This document shows positions 53,964 to 62,187 of a stretch of DNA of 64,000 nucleotides, piece by piece (positions within the stretch are counted from its first letter, which is position 1; each line of letters begins with the position of its first letter). A program made the translations under genes and the position numbers. The notes under the pieces are model-generated. The model was not told the origin of the DNA. It was given only the letters and a program-made list of their open reading frames with translations, and did no database searches. Source of the stretch: a virus (lineage: Duplodnaviria > Caudoviricetes); IMG/VR virus record IMGVR_UViG_3300032332_002377; one strand, 5' to 3'.

Positions 53964-54638
53964 TTATACACCTACTTTTGAATATTCCCTAATAAATCTT
54001 TCTTCACTATCAACAAACAATTTATTATTAATATCAAGAAGCCCAGGAGAACTATGAATTACCCATATAGGCGCAACACCAAGCTTTAGCTTCATATCAT
54101 TAGCATCAAGTGAGCTTGCAATGTCGTAGTGATGAAAAGTATAGTTTTCATTAAACTTCCAGTTTGTATTTTTTATGCTTGAAGTTTTAATGCTAAGAAA
54201 GAGCCCATCAAGAACAGCTACTCTGCAGGGAGTTACACCAAAGCTCGTCATAGCAATTTCCTTGGGACCTGCAGGGTGTGCGACAGCACCTCTCAGATTG
54301 TCGCTATGAAATCCTCCACACATCAAATGCCACAAAGCAGGTTTTTGAATCTTAGGATTAATGCCACCTGCAAGCCCAACAATATCAAATTTCTCATGAG
54401 CTTCTTCAAGCTTCTCACAAACCGCAAGATCATCAATATAAACATCATCATGAACAAATACAATATATTCATACTTATCTTTACACTTCTCTAGAAAGTC
54501 ATTATAGCGTTTGCTCAGCCCTTCAGTATTGTGCTCGTTAAAGGCCATATATACTTTACTTCCAAGCTTTGCTACTGATTTATAGTATGGTGTGTGTTTA
54601 ATGTCGTCTCTTGTAACACTATAGAATGCTGTTTTCAT
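53964..54638 (-). CDS. GT-A fold glycosyltransferase (GT2-like)
   Basis: VFVHDDVYIDD, DIVGLAG, VAVLDGLF, FNENYTFHHYD. Confidence 0.8.
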   Translation of the reverse strand: MKTAFYSVTRDDIKHTPYYKSVAKLGSKVYMAFNEHNTEGLSKRYNDFLEKCKDKYEYIVFVHDDVYIDDLAVCEKLEEAHEKFDIVGLAGGINPKIQKPALWHLMCGGFHSDNLRGAVAHPAGPKEIAMTSFGVTPCRVAVLDGLFLSIKTSSIKNTNWKFNENYTFHHYDIASSLDANDMKLKLGVAPIWVIHSSPGLLDINNKLFVDSEERFIREYSKVGV

Positions 54639-55321
54639 TATGTAAAAAATGGTGAATTGGATTTGAATGTACCTACAGATGTCAGACCTTCTACAGTTTG
54701 TAAGTAGAGTACACCCTCTTCTAGAGGTTTATAATCGCTATATTTAATAGATGAAAAATTATTGGTAAGGAAGTCAGCATAGAGTGTACTGCCTGAACGA
54801 GCAAGATATACGTGATTGTTCTTAGAATTTAAAATCCAAAGACCGAAGTTACCGCGAAGCATCGAGAGCGCGTTGCAGATAATATTAGTTTCATTTTTTT
54901 CACTTTTACTATAGTGATCTATTAGAGCGGGTATCAATGATGAATCAACATCATTAATTGTTTTATATTTTTTAAGTAGTGCTCTAAGTTCTTTCTCATT
55001 GCTCAAAACACCATTGTGCGCAATATACCATTTGCCTGTATTAAAAGGGTGCGATGTTGCATGTGAGTATGCTCTGGCTGCAGATGTTGGAGCTTGTGAG
55101 TGTCCGAGATAGTTTTTAAAGTCGTTGAAACTCTTTCTTTTATTGTGTTTCAATTCAAGATATAGTTTATCTGTTAGCTTAAAGACGCCTGCAGATTTAA
55201 TAGATGCATGTAAAGATTCATCAATCATTATGGATCCATATGCAAAATCACCGCGAGCCCTGTTTTTAGCATAGAGCTTTACATACGTCTTATATTCACT
55301 AGATCCAAATATTCCGCACAT
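54638..55321 (-). CDS. Class II (Ntn) glutamine amidotransferase
   Basis: N-terminal MCGIFG, RG, LGHSQAPT, SHPF, AHNGVLSN, VDS. Confidence 0.88.
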   Translation of the reverse strand: MCGIFGSSEYKTYVKLYAKNRARGDFAYGSIMIDESLHASIKSAGVFKLTDKLYLELKHNKRKSFNDFKNYLGHSQAPTSAARAYSHATSHPFNTGKWYIAHNGVLSNEKELRALLKKYKTINDVDSSLIPALIDHYSKSEKNETNIICNALSMLRGNFGLWILNSKNNHVYLARSGSTLYADFLTNNFSSIKYSDYKPLEEGVLYLQTVEGLTSVGTFKSNSPFFT

Positions 55322-55329
55322 TACGTAAT

Positions 55330-55358
55330 ATTATAGTATAAAATAATAAATATTTCAA
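55330..55358 (-). promoter_or_regulatory. Sigma70-like promoter of the amidotransferase gene
   Basis: TTGAAA-17-TATAAT-8nt-ATG; overlaps a divergent late box. Confidence 0.65.
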
Positions 55359-55359
55359 C

Positions 55360-56307
55360 ATGAATAACGATTCAAAGCTCATATTTGAGGCTTATTTTAA
55401 TAAACAGTCACTTTTAAATGAATTAGACTATGGTGCTTCTGATTTTGGTGGTGCTTTTGGTGGTGTCATTAAAAAAGCCAAATCCAATGAACTGCCTGGT
55501 AGAGGTTATTTGATAGGAAATATTGCAGACAGTCTTGGAATATCTCAAGAAGAAGCTGCTAATAAATTGACTAGTGCAGTCTTTTCTAATCTTTTTAAAC
55601 AAAATAAATCTACAATAGCTGGACAAGAGGTGGAGTATGTAAATCCTGCCAAAAATAAAGATCAATTTATGGTTGAGGTTAAAAAAGCTATTACAAAAGC
55701 TATTGACAGTCTCAAGAAAGAAAACCCTCAATTAAAAATACCTGGAAGCGATGCAATAAAAGGCTACACGGCTAGAGTTTTAGTTAATTTAGGTACATTT
55801 ATAAGCGATGTAGTACCTACAAAAGTAGGAATAAAAGCTCCAGTTGCTGCTGTAAAAGATTTAAGATCTGCAATAATTAAAACAGATGCAAAATCAGTAG
55901 CATCTGTTGAGTCAACGGAAGACAGATACATAAGAAGTAATGCTAAATTTATTCGCGATTTTCAAAGAGTATATGCTGAGATGCCTGATGAAATAGCAAT
56001 TAAAAAAGGTGATGATTTTTATAAATCTGAAGCTTTGATGGATGCAGTAAAAGATGCTATAGTGCAAGCTTATGATGTAAAAACTTCTAATGATAAAGAA
56101 TTTTTAGCAGATTTTGTTAGCTCATTAGAAGCAAAAAGCGGCTATACTTTATCTACAGAAAAAAAACAAGCTGAAGGTGAAGGTACAGGTGAAATTTCAA
56201 CTATAGAAGATAGCGGTGGGTTAACTCCAGTAGAAATTTTACAAGATCTTGGAACTTGGAGTAGAGATGCAGGCTTTGATCAATTCGATAAATACAGCTC
56301 TTATTAA
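55360..56307 (+). CDS. Hypothetical late protein (possible head-internal protein)
   Basis: TAAATA-7nt-ATG; MNNDSKLIFEAY...LLNE. Confidence 0.6.
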   Translation: MNNDSKLIFEAYFNKQSLLNELDYGASDFGGAFGGVIKKAKSNELPGRGYLIGNIADSLGISQEEAANKLTSAVFSNLFKQNKSTIAGQEVEYVNPAKNKDQFMVEVKKAITKAIDSLKKENPQLKIPGSDAIKGYTARVLVNLGTFISDVVPTKVGIKAPVAAVKDLRSAIIKTDAKSVASVESTEDRYIRSNAKFIRDFQRVYAEMPDEIAIKKGDDFYKSEALMDAVKDAIVQAYDVKTSNDKEFLADFVSSLEAKSGYTLSTEKKQAEGEGTGEISTIEDSGGLTPVEILQDLGTWSRDAGFDQFDKYSSY

Positions 56308-56352
56308 TTTGCTGGCTCTGGTTTATTTTGTTTAATATCATAAGTTAACTAG

Positions 56353-57339
56353 ATGAGAGTAAAGATAGTTGGTTGCGGTCTTTCAGGGGTTACAGCAGCG
56401 ATCCTTTTGCAAGACAAAGGACATGAAGTAGAAATATTCGAATCGAGAACACATATAGGTGGTAACTGTTATGATAGTAATGTAGCAGGTACTTTAATGC
56501 ATAGCTACGGTCCACACTGTTTTCATACAGATGATGAAGATGTAATGAATTTTTTGAGTCGTTATACTGGTTGGTTAGATTTTCACTTAAGACCAAAAGG
56601 CAACACAGAATTAGGCTTGATATCATTGCCTTATAGTAAAACAACTATCGAAGAGTTGAAAAGAGAATTAACACAAGAAGAAATTATCAAATATATTTTT
56701 AAAGGATACTCTGAAAAACAGTGGGGTGTATCGTTTGATCAAATCCCTAAGAGTATTATTAGCAGAATTCCAAAAACAGCAGATAAGGTAAATCCAACTT
56801 GGTTTGAGGGGCAAAAATATCAATGCGTACCTCTCAAGGGATATACTGAAATGTTTAAGAGCATGCTTGAAGACATACCTGTACACCTGGGTGTAAAGCA
56901 GAATGAATGGAAAAAGGTAGAAGCAGATTTAACCATATTTACAGGTAAAATAGATGAGTATTATGATTATATAAATGGCTGGCTGCCCTACAGGTCTTTA
57001 TATTTTGAGCATACTCTAAGCTATAAAAAACAAGAACATTTTATTATAAATCAAAATAAAAAAGAAGTGCCATATACAAGAAGTTATGACCATAGTTACA
57101 CACATTTTAATCATAAGGGTCCAACAATTATAACAAAAGAATTTTCTATAGCTCATGATAAGAATAATATACCATTTTATCCGATGCCTTTTGGTGAAGG
57201 AGCAGAAATTTATAATAAATATGGTGCGCTAGCTAAAAAAGAGAAGAATGTAATTTTTCTTGGGCGTCTTGCTACTTACAAGTATCTAGATATGTGGATG
57301 GCAGTAAGGCAGGCTATGCAAAAAATAGAGCTAGTTTAA
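56353..57339 (+). CDS. glf: UDP-galactopyranose mutase
   Basis: VGCGLSG, HIGGNCYD, HSYGPHCFHT, YSEKQWG, GYTEMF, LPYRSL, PFYP, GRLATYKYLDM. Confidence 0.93.
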   Translation: MRVKIVGCGLSGVTAAILLQDKGHEVEIFESRTHIGGNCYDSNVAGTLMHSYGPHCFHTDDEDVMNFLSRYTGWLDFHLRPKGNTELGLISLPYSKTTIEELKRELTQEEIIKYIFKGYSEKQWGVSFDQIPKSIISRIPKTADKVNPTWFEGQKYQCVPLKGYTEMFKSMLEDIPVHLGVKQNEWKKVEADLTIFTGKIDEYYDYINGWLPYRSLYFEHTLSYKKQEHFIINQNKKEVPYTRSYDHSYTHFNHKGPTIITKEFSIAHDKNNIPFYPMPFGEGAEIYNKYGALAKKEKNVIFLGRLATYKYLDMWMAVRQAMQKIELV

Positions 57340-58071
57340 TTTTTTACAATTATATTTCTTCCAAGGTATCTCAATCTTATAAGAAATAGGGTCTATAAAC
57401 CCTGCATCTAAAAAGCCTTTGATGCGTAAAGAACAGGCTGTACATTCACCGCAAGCTTGTTCTTCTCCCTCATAGCAAGTCCAAGTCTGACTAAATTCAA
57501 CACCAAGCTTAACACCGAGTTTAATGATTTCTTCTTTAGATTTATCAATTAAAGGAGCTATAACTTTAATCCTGTTTCTTCGATTTAAATCACTAACTTT
57601 ATTAATTTGATTGAGAAATTCAACACTGCCATCCCAAAATCCAGCAATACTATCAGCTTGTGCTGCTCCGTGGAAAACAGCAGAAGCTCCAGTGCTTTCT
57701 GCTATACCAAGTGAAATGCTTAAAAGCATTAAATTCCTAAATGGTACGTAATTGACGGTCTGCGGGTCGCCCATTACATCCTTGGCTTTCGCAATAGCAA
57801 TATTACTATTAGTTAGTGCAGATGTTTGACAAATATCTTTAAAAAAAGGAATTTTTATGAATCTGTAGTCAACTGGTTGATCAAGGCTTTCTACCTGAAA
57901 CGAGGCACAGTTAAGTTCTTTCTCACGATGCTTTTGACCATAATCAAAACTTACAGCTACAATACTATCGTATTTACGAGCTGCATAATGTAGCAGGACA
58001 GTACTATCCATGCCACCTGAGATAGGTACAACAGCCTTACTCGACTGGCTCTTCTTCTGTTTGCGCTTCAT
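57331..58071 (-). CDS. queC: 7-cyano-7-deazaguanine synthase QueC
   Basis: SGGMDST, FDYGQKH..E, YVPFRN, APL...K, TWTCY...CGECTAC..R. Confidence 0.92.
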   Translation of the reverse strand: MKRKQKKSQSSKAVVPISGGMDSTVLLHYAARKYDSIVAVSFDYGQKHREKELNCASFQVESLDQPVDYRFIKIPFFKDICQTSALTNSNIAIAKAKDVMGDPQTVNYVPFRNLMLLSISLGIAESTGASAVFHGAAQADSIAGFWDGSVEFLNQINKVSDLNRRNRIKVIAPLIDKSKEEIIKLGVKLGVEFSQTWTCYEGEEQACGECTACSLRIKGFLDAGFIDPISYKIEIPWKKYNCKKLN

Positions 58072-59155
58072 TTGTATTGTATTTGTATTCTTGTTCTAAG
58101 CGCTTGTCGAGTTCTGGAATGATAAATTCCTCGTAGAAAGCGGGGTCTTTAGCAAATGTCTTTGCATAACCTAGTTTATCACCTTTTTTGTATTTTCCAC
58201 TAGTGATACCTACTGTATATGTTGCACCATTTTGTTCAATGATGCCTCTTGCAACTGCCATACCTAGTAAACCACTATATTTGTTGAGCCCTGTTTTAAA
58301 GGAAAGATACATTTCTGTCTCTAAGAACGGTGGAAGAAAGCGATTCTTCACAGTTAATGCTCTCAAGGTTGTACCAGAGTATTTGTTAGCTTCTGCAAGC
58401 TTCTTGTCTTCTGCATCCATGGAATCACCTTCACCCTCCTTCTCGTGACGTTTAGCTAGCTGTACAAGAATACTAGCCATATATACTGGTCCGGAACCAC
58501 CTGCTTGATTCTTAACAAGACTAGGGAACATTGAAGCTGGGTCATCGTATGTATGATTAGTAAATAGAATTGTAACACCAGCTTTGGCAGCTTTGAATGT
58601 TAGGGTACGGAACATGCTCTTAAGAGACTTAGCACGCAGACCCATATCTGATGCAGATTTATCTTTTGCAACGTCGTCAAGTTCTTTCTGTGAAGCTAGG
58701 TTGCCCAAGCTATCAATGCTAATAATAAATTTACCTCTAGCGTTGTTTTCAATTACACTATCAAGAAATGCACTAATTTGATTGCGGCACTGATCAATTG
58801 TATCAACTGGTACATACTTGGTATTTTCAGGATCCAATCCTACACCCTTGGTACTATTTTCATCGATAGCAATTTCTGTATCAAAGATAACAGGGGTAAG
58901 ACCTCTTTTTTGCGCTGTAGCAAGAATCTTATTTACGATAAATGTCTTACCTGTCTGACTGGGTCCAGAGAATCCAGTTATTCTTCCCTTAGGTACACCA
59001 CCACCGCGGCAACTGCCACCGAGAATAGCGTTAAGAGCATAGCATCCTGTATCAAACCACTCATCAACTTTACTAAGTGCATTTTCATTTAACATCGATG
59101 CTTCGCTGTTTAGTTTATCAAGCGAAGCAAAAATCTTGTTCATATCTTTGTTCAT
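58037..59155 (-). CDS. uvsX: RecA-like recombinase (T4 UvsX-like)
   Basis: DTGCYALNA, GPSQTGKT, FDTE, IDSLGNL, DMGLRAK, FTNHTY, KNRF. Confidence 0.93.
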   Translation of the reverse strand: MNKDMNKIFASLDKLNSEASMLNENALSKVDEWFDTGCYALNAILGGSCRGGGVPKGRITGFSGPSQTGKTFIVNKILATAQKRGLTPVIFDTEIAIDENSTKGVGLDPENTKYVPVDTIDQCRNQISAFLDSVIENNARGKFIISIDSLGNLASQKELDDVAKDKSASDMGLRAKSLKSMFRTLTFKAAKAGVTILFTNHTYDDPASMFPSLVKNQAGGSGPVYMASILVQLAKRHEKEGEGDSMDAEDKKLAEANKYSGTTLRALTVKNRFLPPFLETEMYLSFKTGLNKYSGLLGMAVARGIIEQNGATYTVGITSGKYKKGDKLGYAKTFAKDPAFYEEFIIPELDKRLEQEYKYNTNEAQTEEEPVE

Positions 59156-59192
59156 AGGTCTAGTATGAATGATTGAATGGAGATATCAACTA

Positions 59193-59537
59193 TTATTCGT
59201 CAAAAAGTTTAATAACTTTTTGGTCATCAGCAACTGGTGCTGCACCGGAGAACAATCTGTTATACTGCTCTAACAATCTAGTATCGTTCTCAATATCAAC
59301 ACCTACAACAATACTATTCTTGTTAAATCTCCAAGAGGTACCACTGTTCTTATTCTTGTCTGAAACAAACTCTCTAAAATAAAGAGGAATTGTTTGTACA
59401 TTAAGCTGGCCCTGTTGAGTAGGCTGCACGTGAATAATAGCTGGGTTCTTGACAGTGAGAGATGTCTCTGTACTTTCAACTTCTTCAGCTAGGATGGTTC
59501 TACCAATGTGATCAATAAAGGTTGTAATTTTGCTCAT
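59193..59537 (-). CDS. Conserved-type hypothetical phage protein
   Basis: 114 aa beta-rich ORF with its own sigma70-like promoter. Confidence 0.6.
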   Translation of the reverse strand: MSKITTFIDHIGRTILAEEVESTETSLTVKNPAIIHVQPTQQGQLNVQTIPLYFREFVSDKNKNSGTSWRFNKNSIVVGVDIENDTRLLEQYNRLFSGAAPVADDQKVIKLFDE

Positions 59538-59567
59538 GTAAATATATTACTGTATTAATTTAAGAAA

Positions 59568-62153
59568 TCAAGTACTTAAAAGTTCAAAAAGATCAGTCTG
59601 TACTTGCGCACCTGGTGATATTAGCTTCCAGTTAACAGCTTCGTAGAATCTATCCATAACAGAAAAGACAATCTTTTCAAACATCTTTTCTCTATCAGGT
59701 TCAAATATATCAATAAATTCCTTAGGGAAATAATACTTATAGCCTAAAACAGATACACCATATTTGTTTGGTTGACGCACATAAAAGAATTTAACTTTAT
59801 CACCTGAGCCAATTTTCTCATATTTTTTATCTAATTTAAATTTCTCAAGCAATAGATTATGATAATATGCAGCTTTGACGTGTATAGGCATGTGCTTAGC
59901 TGTTGAGAAGTTATCACATTGAGCGGCGTACTTTTCATACCCTTTGCACCCCATAACAAATGCAATTTCATCTACAGAAAGACTTTTAAATAAATCATAC
60001 GTCTCAGAAAATACCTTGTTTGTTTCAGTATGACTTTTTGTCATTAGCATAGTTTCAATAATTTTTTTTACATGAGGTTTAATAGCCTTAGGCATCGTTG
60101 TCCTTACAACTTCAACGCCAGTGTATTTAAATTTATTACAAGGGATACCCTCTTCATCGAGAATATGTAGAACATAGCGTTTTTTCTGTAAGAAGAGACC
60201 AACATCAGCAATAGCTTCACGCTTGAAAAGCAGTCTGCAGTCCTTAGAATTGAGTGCAGAAGCTCCCCATTTTTTTATCTGCACATTGAGATAGTCTTCT
60301 ATCTCCTGTACAATTTTATAATATTCATCAGTAACGGCACCATTTTTGTTGAGCATTTTAATATCAAGGCTTTTTATAAGTTGCTTGATAGAGATGTAGC
60401 TAGAATCTGTATCATTATAAATGATAGGATTGTCGTTGTTAATATCTGCATCTGTAAGGTTTGCTTTGTTTTTAATAAAATCTATTAGAAGTTTATTGGA
60501 CTGCTTAATTACAGCTTGTCCAGTTAATGTAATTGATTCTGCTAATTCATCATCACCCAATGGACTGTGCTTGTTGCCAAAGTAACCATAAATTGTATTA
60601 ATAAGAATCTTAATAGTATGTTGCTGGATATTGAGATTATCAGAAAGATTTTTTGTCTTTGTAAGCTCAGCGTCATCCTCTTTTAACATGGCGAGCTTTC
60701 TCTTGACAGCTTTAAGCTGCTTTTTTAAAGCAACACGCTTCTCATAATAATGATCAACAGTTTCAGGAATAATACCCTTCTCTTTTTGAGAAAAAAGAAC
60801 CTTAGCCTTGGATATAGCTATTTGTTCTTTCTGAACAAATTTAATAAAAGCATCTGTTGTGAGATTAAACGTTTGACCATTAACATGTTTGATAGTAACT
60901 TGTTTATCAGTTTTCTCAGTAATGACGCCTACCTTTGTTTCAGGTGATAAATTAAGAGTAATCATTACGTTGGGGTATAGGCTGTTAGCATCAAAAGAAA
61001 CAACATTCTCTTGAAATCCTTTCTTAGGTTCACCTACATAAGCACCAGCATTTTGTTCTTCACTTTCTCTGCCTTTGTTGAAAGTTGGTATTCTTAAATT
61101 GCGGTGGCGTGCTCTAATTGCACAAAGACCAGTGATGACAGACAATGATCCAAGAGCGCCTTCAAGTGTAGTCAATCCTGCGTATGCTATCATTCTTAAG
61201 AGTTGTAAGTATTGAAGTTTTTCCTCAAGTCTAATCAGAAGATTAACGTCTTGTATGTTATAATCTACGAACAATTCCCAGTTCTCATCTGCTAGGCTAG
61301 CAAGATTTGTATCACCATAGTCAATCTTGTTTTCACCGAGCTCAGTCTCACCAATGGAGTCCAGCTTATATGATTCGCGTAATACAGGGCAAAAACGCTT
61401 ATAAATGTCTAGATAGTCAACGCAAGATACACCCTCAATATGCCAGTGTACTTGCTCTCTACCAAATTTACCAGTAAATGTAATAGGCCTAATAATACCC
61501 ACAGGGGAGAGTCTCTTTGAGGCATCTTCACCTAAAATTCTAGCTATGCGATTAACAATATAAGGAATATCAAAAAATTCAGAATTCCATCCTGAAAGAA
61601 TATCAGGGTAATCAGATTGAAAGTACTTTAAGAACTTTTCTAATAGCTCTTTTTCAGTGCTGCATTTAAAATAAATCCCGTTATCATTCTTCTTGCTGTA
61701 TGATTTTAATCCCCAAGTAATAAACTGCTTTTTAAGCGAGTCATAGACTGTAATAATATTGATAGGATGCTGTGGATCACTAGGGACAGGAAATTCATCA
61801 GGGCTATATGTTTCAATATCAATAAAAAGCACTCTGATAGGGAATTTGCTAAACTCTTCTTTTTCATTATCTTGCCAGTATGTATCAATAAGGAATTGCT
61901 GTTGTACGTTAAGATTCTCAAATACTCTCTCAATTTTATTATCTTTTAAAAATCTATATCGTTCAGCTTGATTTTTAAATCTTTTCTTTTTGAGTTTGGT
62001 ATTAAAAATACTAAAGACATCTTCTTTATTGTTTGTTTCTAGATAAATGTATGGTTCAAAAGTTGTATCATAAGATATGCGGTTCCCGCTATCATCCCAA
62101 GTAAAGACACGTATTACTTGGTCTCTCGGAATATAGGCTACATTTCTAAACAC
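59568..62153 (-). CDS. gp43: Family B DNA polymerase (T4 gp43-like)
   Basis: IDIET, GWNSEFFDIPY, YNIQD, SFDANSLYP, KILINTIYG, YNDTDS, KKRY; no intein. Confidence 0.97.
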   Translation of the reverse strand: MFRNVAYIPRDQVIRVFTWDDSGNRISYDTTFEPYIYLETNNKEDVFSIFNTKLKKKRFKNQAERYRFLKDNKIERVFENLNVQQQFLIDTYWQDNEKEEFSKFPIRVLFIDIETYSPDEFPVPSDPQHPINIITVYDSLKKQFITWGLKSYSKKNDNGIYFKCSTEKELLEKFLKYFQSDYPDILSGWNSEFFDIPYIVNRIARILGEDASKRLSPVGIIRPITFTGKFGREQVHWHIEGVSCVDYLDIYKRFCPVLRESYKLDSIGETELGENKIDYGDTNLASLADENWELFVDYNIQDVNLLIRLEEKLQYLQLLRMIAYAGLTTLEGALGSLSVITGLCAIRARHRNLRIPTFNKGRESEEQNAGAYVGEPKKGFQENVVSFDANSLYPNVMITLNLSPETKVGVITEKTDKQVTIKHVNGQTFNLTTDAFIKFVQKEQIAISKAKVLFSQKEKGIIPETVDHYYEKRVALKKQLKAVKRKLAMLKEDDAELTKTKNLSDNLNIQQHTIKILINTIYGYFGNKHSPLGDDELAESITLTGQAVIKQSNKLLIDFIKNKANLTDADINNDNPIIYNDTDSSYISIKQLIKSLDIKMLNKNGAVTDEYYKIVQEIEDYLNVQIKKWGASALNSKDCRLLFKREAIADVGLFLQKKRYVLHILDEEGIPCNKFKYTGVEVVRTTMPKAIKPHVKKIIETMLMTKSHTETNKVFSETYDLFKSLSVDEIAFVMGCKGYEKYAAQCDNFSTAKHMPIHVKAAYYHNLLLEKFKLDKKYEKIGSGDKVKFFYVRQPNKYGVSVLGYKYYFPKEFIDIFEPDREKMFEKIVFSVMDRFYEAVNWKLISPGAQVQTDLFELLST

Positions 62154-62159
62154 AATAAA

Positions 62160-62187
62160 ATTATAAAAGAACTAAAAAAATTATCAA
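62160..62187 (-). promoter_or_regulatory. Sigma70-like promoter of the DNA polymerase gene
   Basis: TTGATA-16-TATAAT-6nt-GTG. Confidence 0.7.

Noticed and set aside
453-61971. Other short overlapping ORFs in the track (e.g. 453..692, 32729..33178, 51733..52152, 58778..59092)
   Set aside because: Nested in or antisense to well-supported genes, with no recognisable motifs
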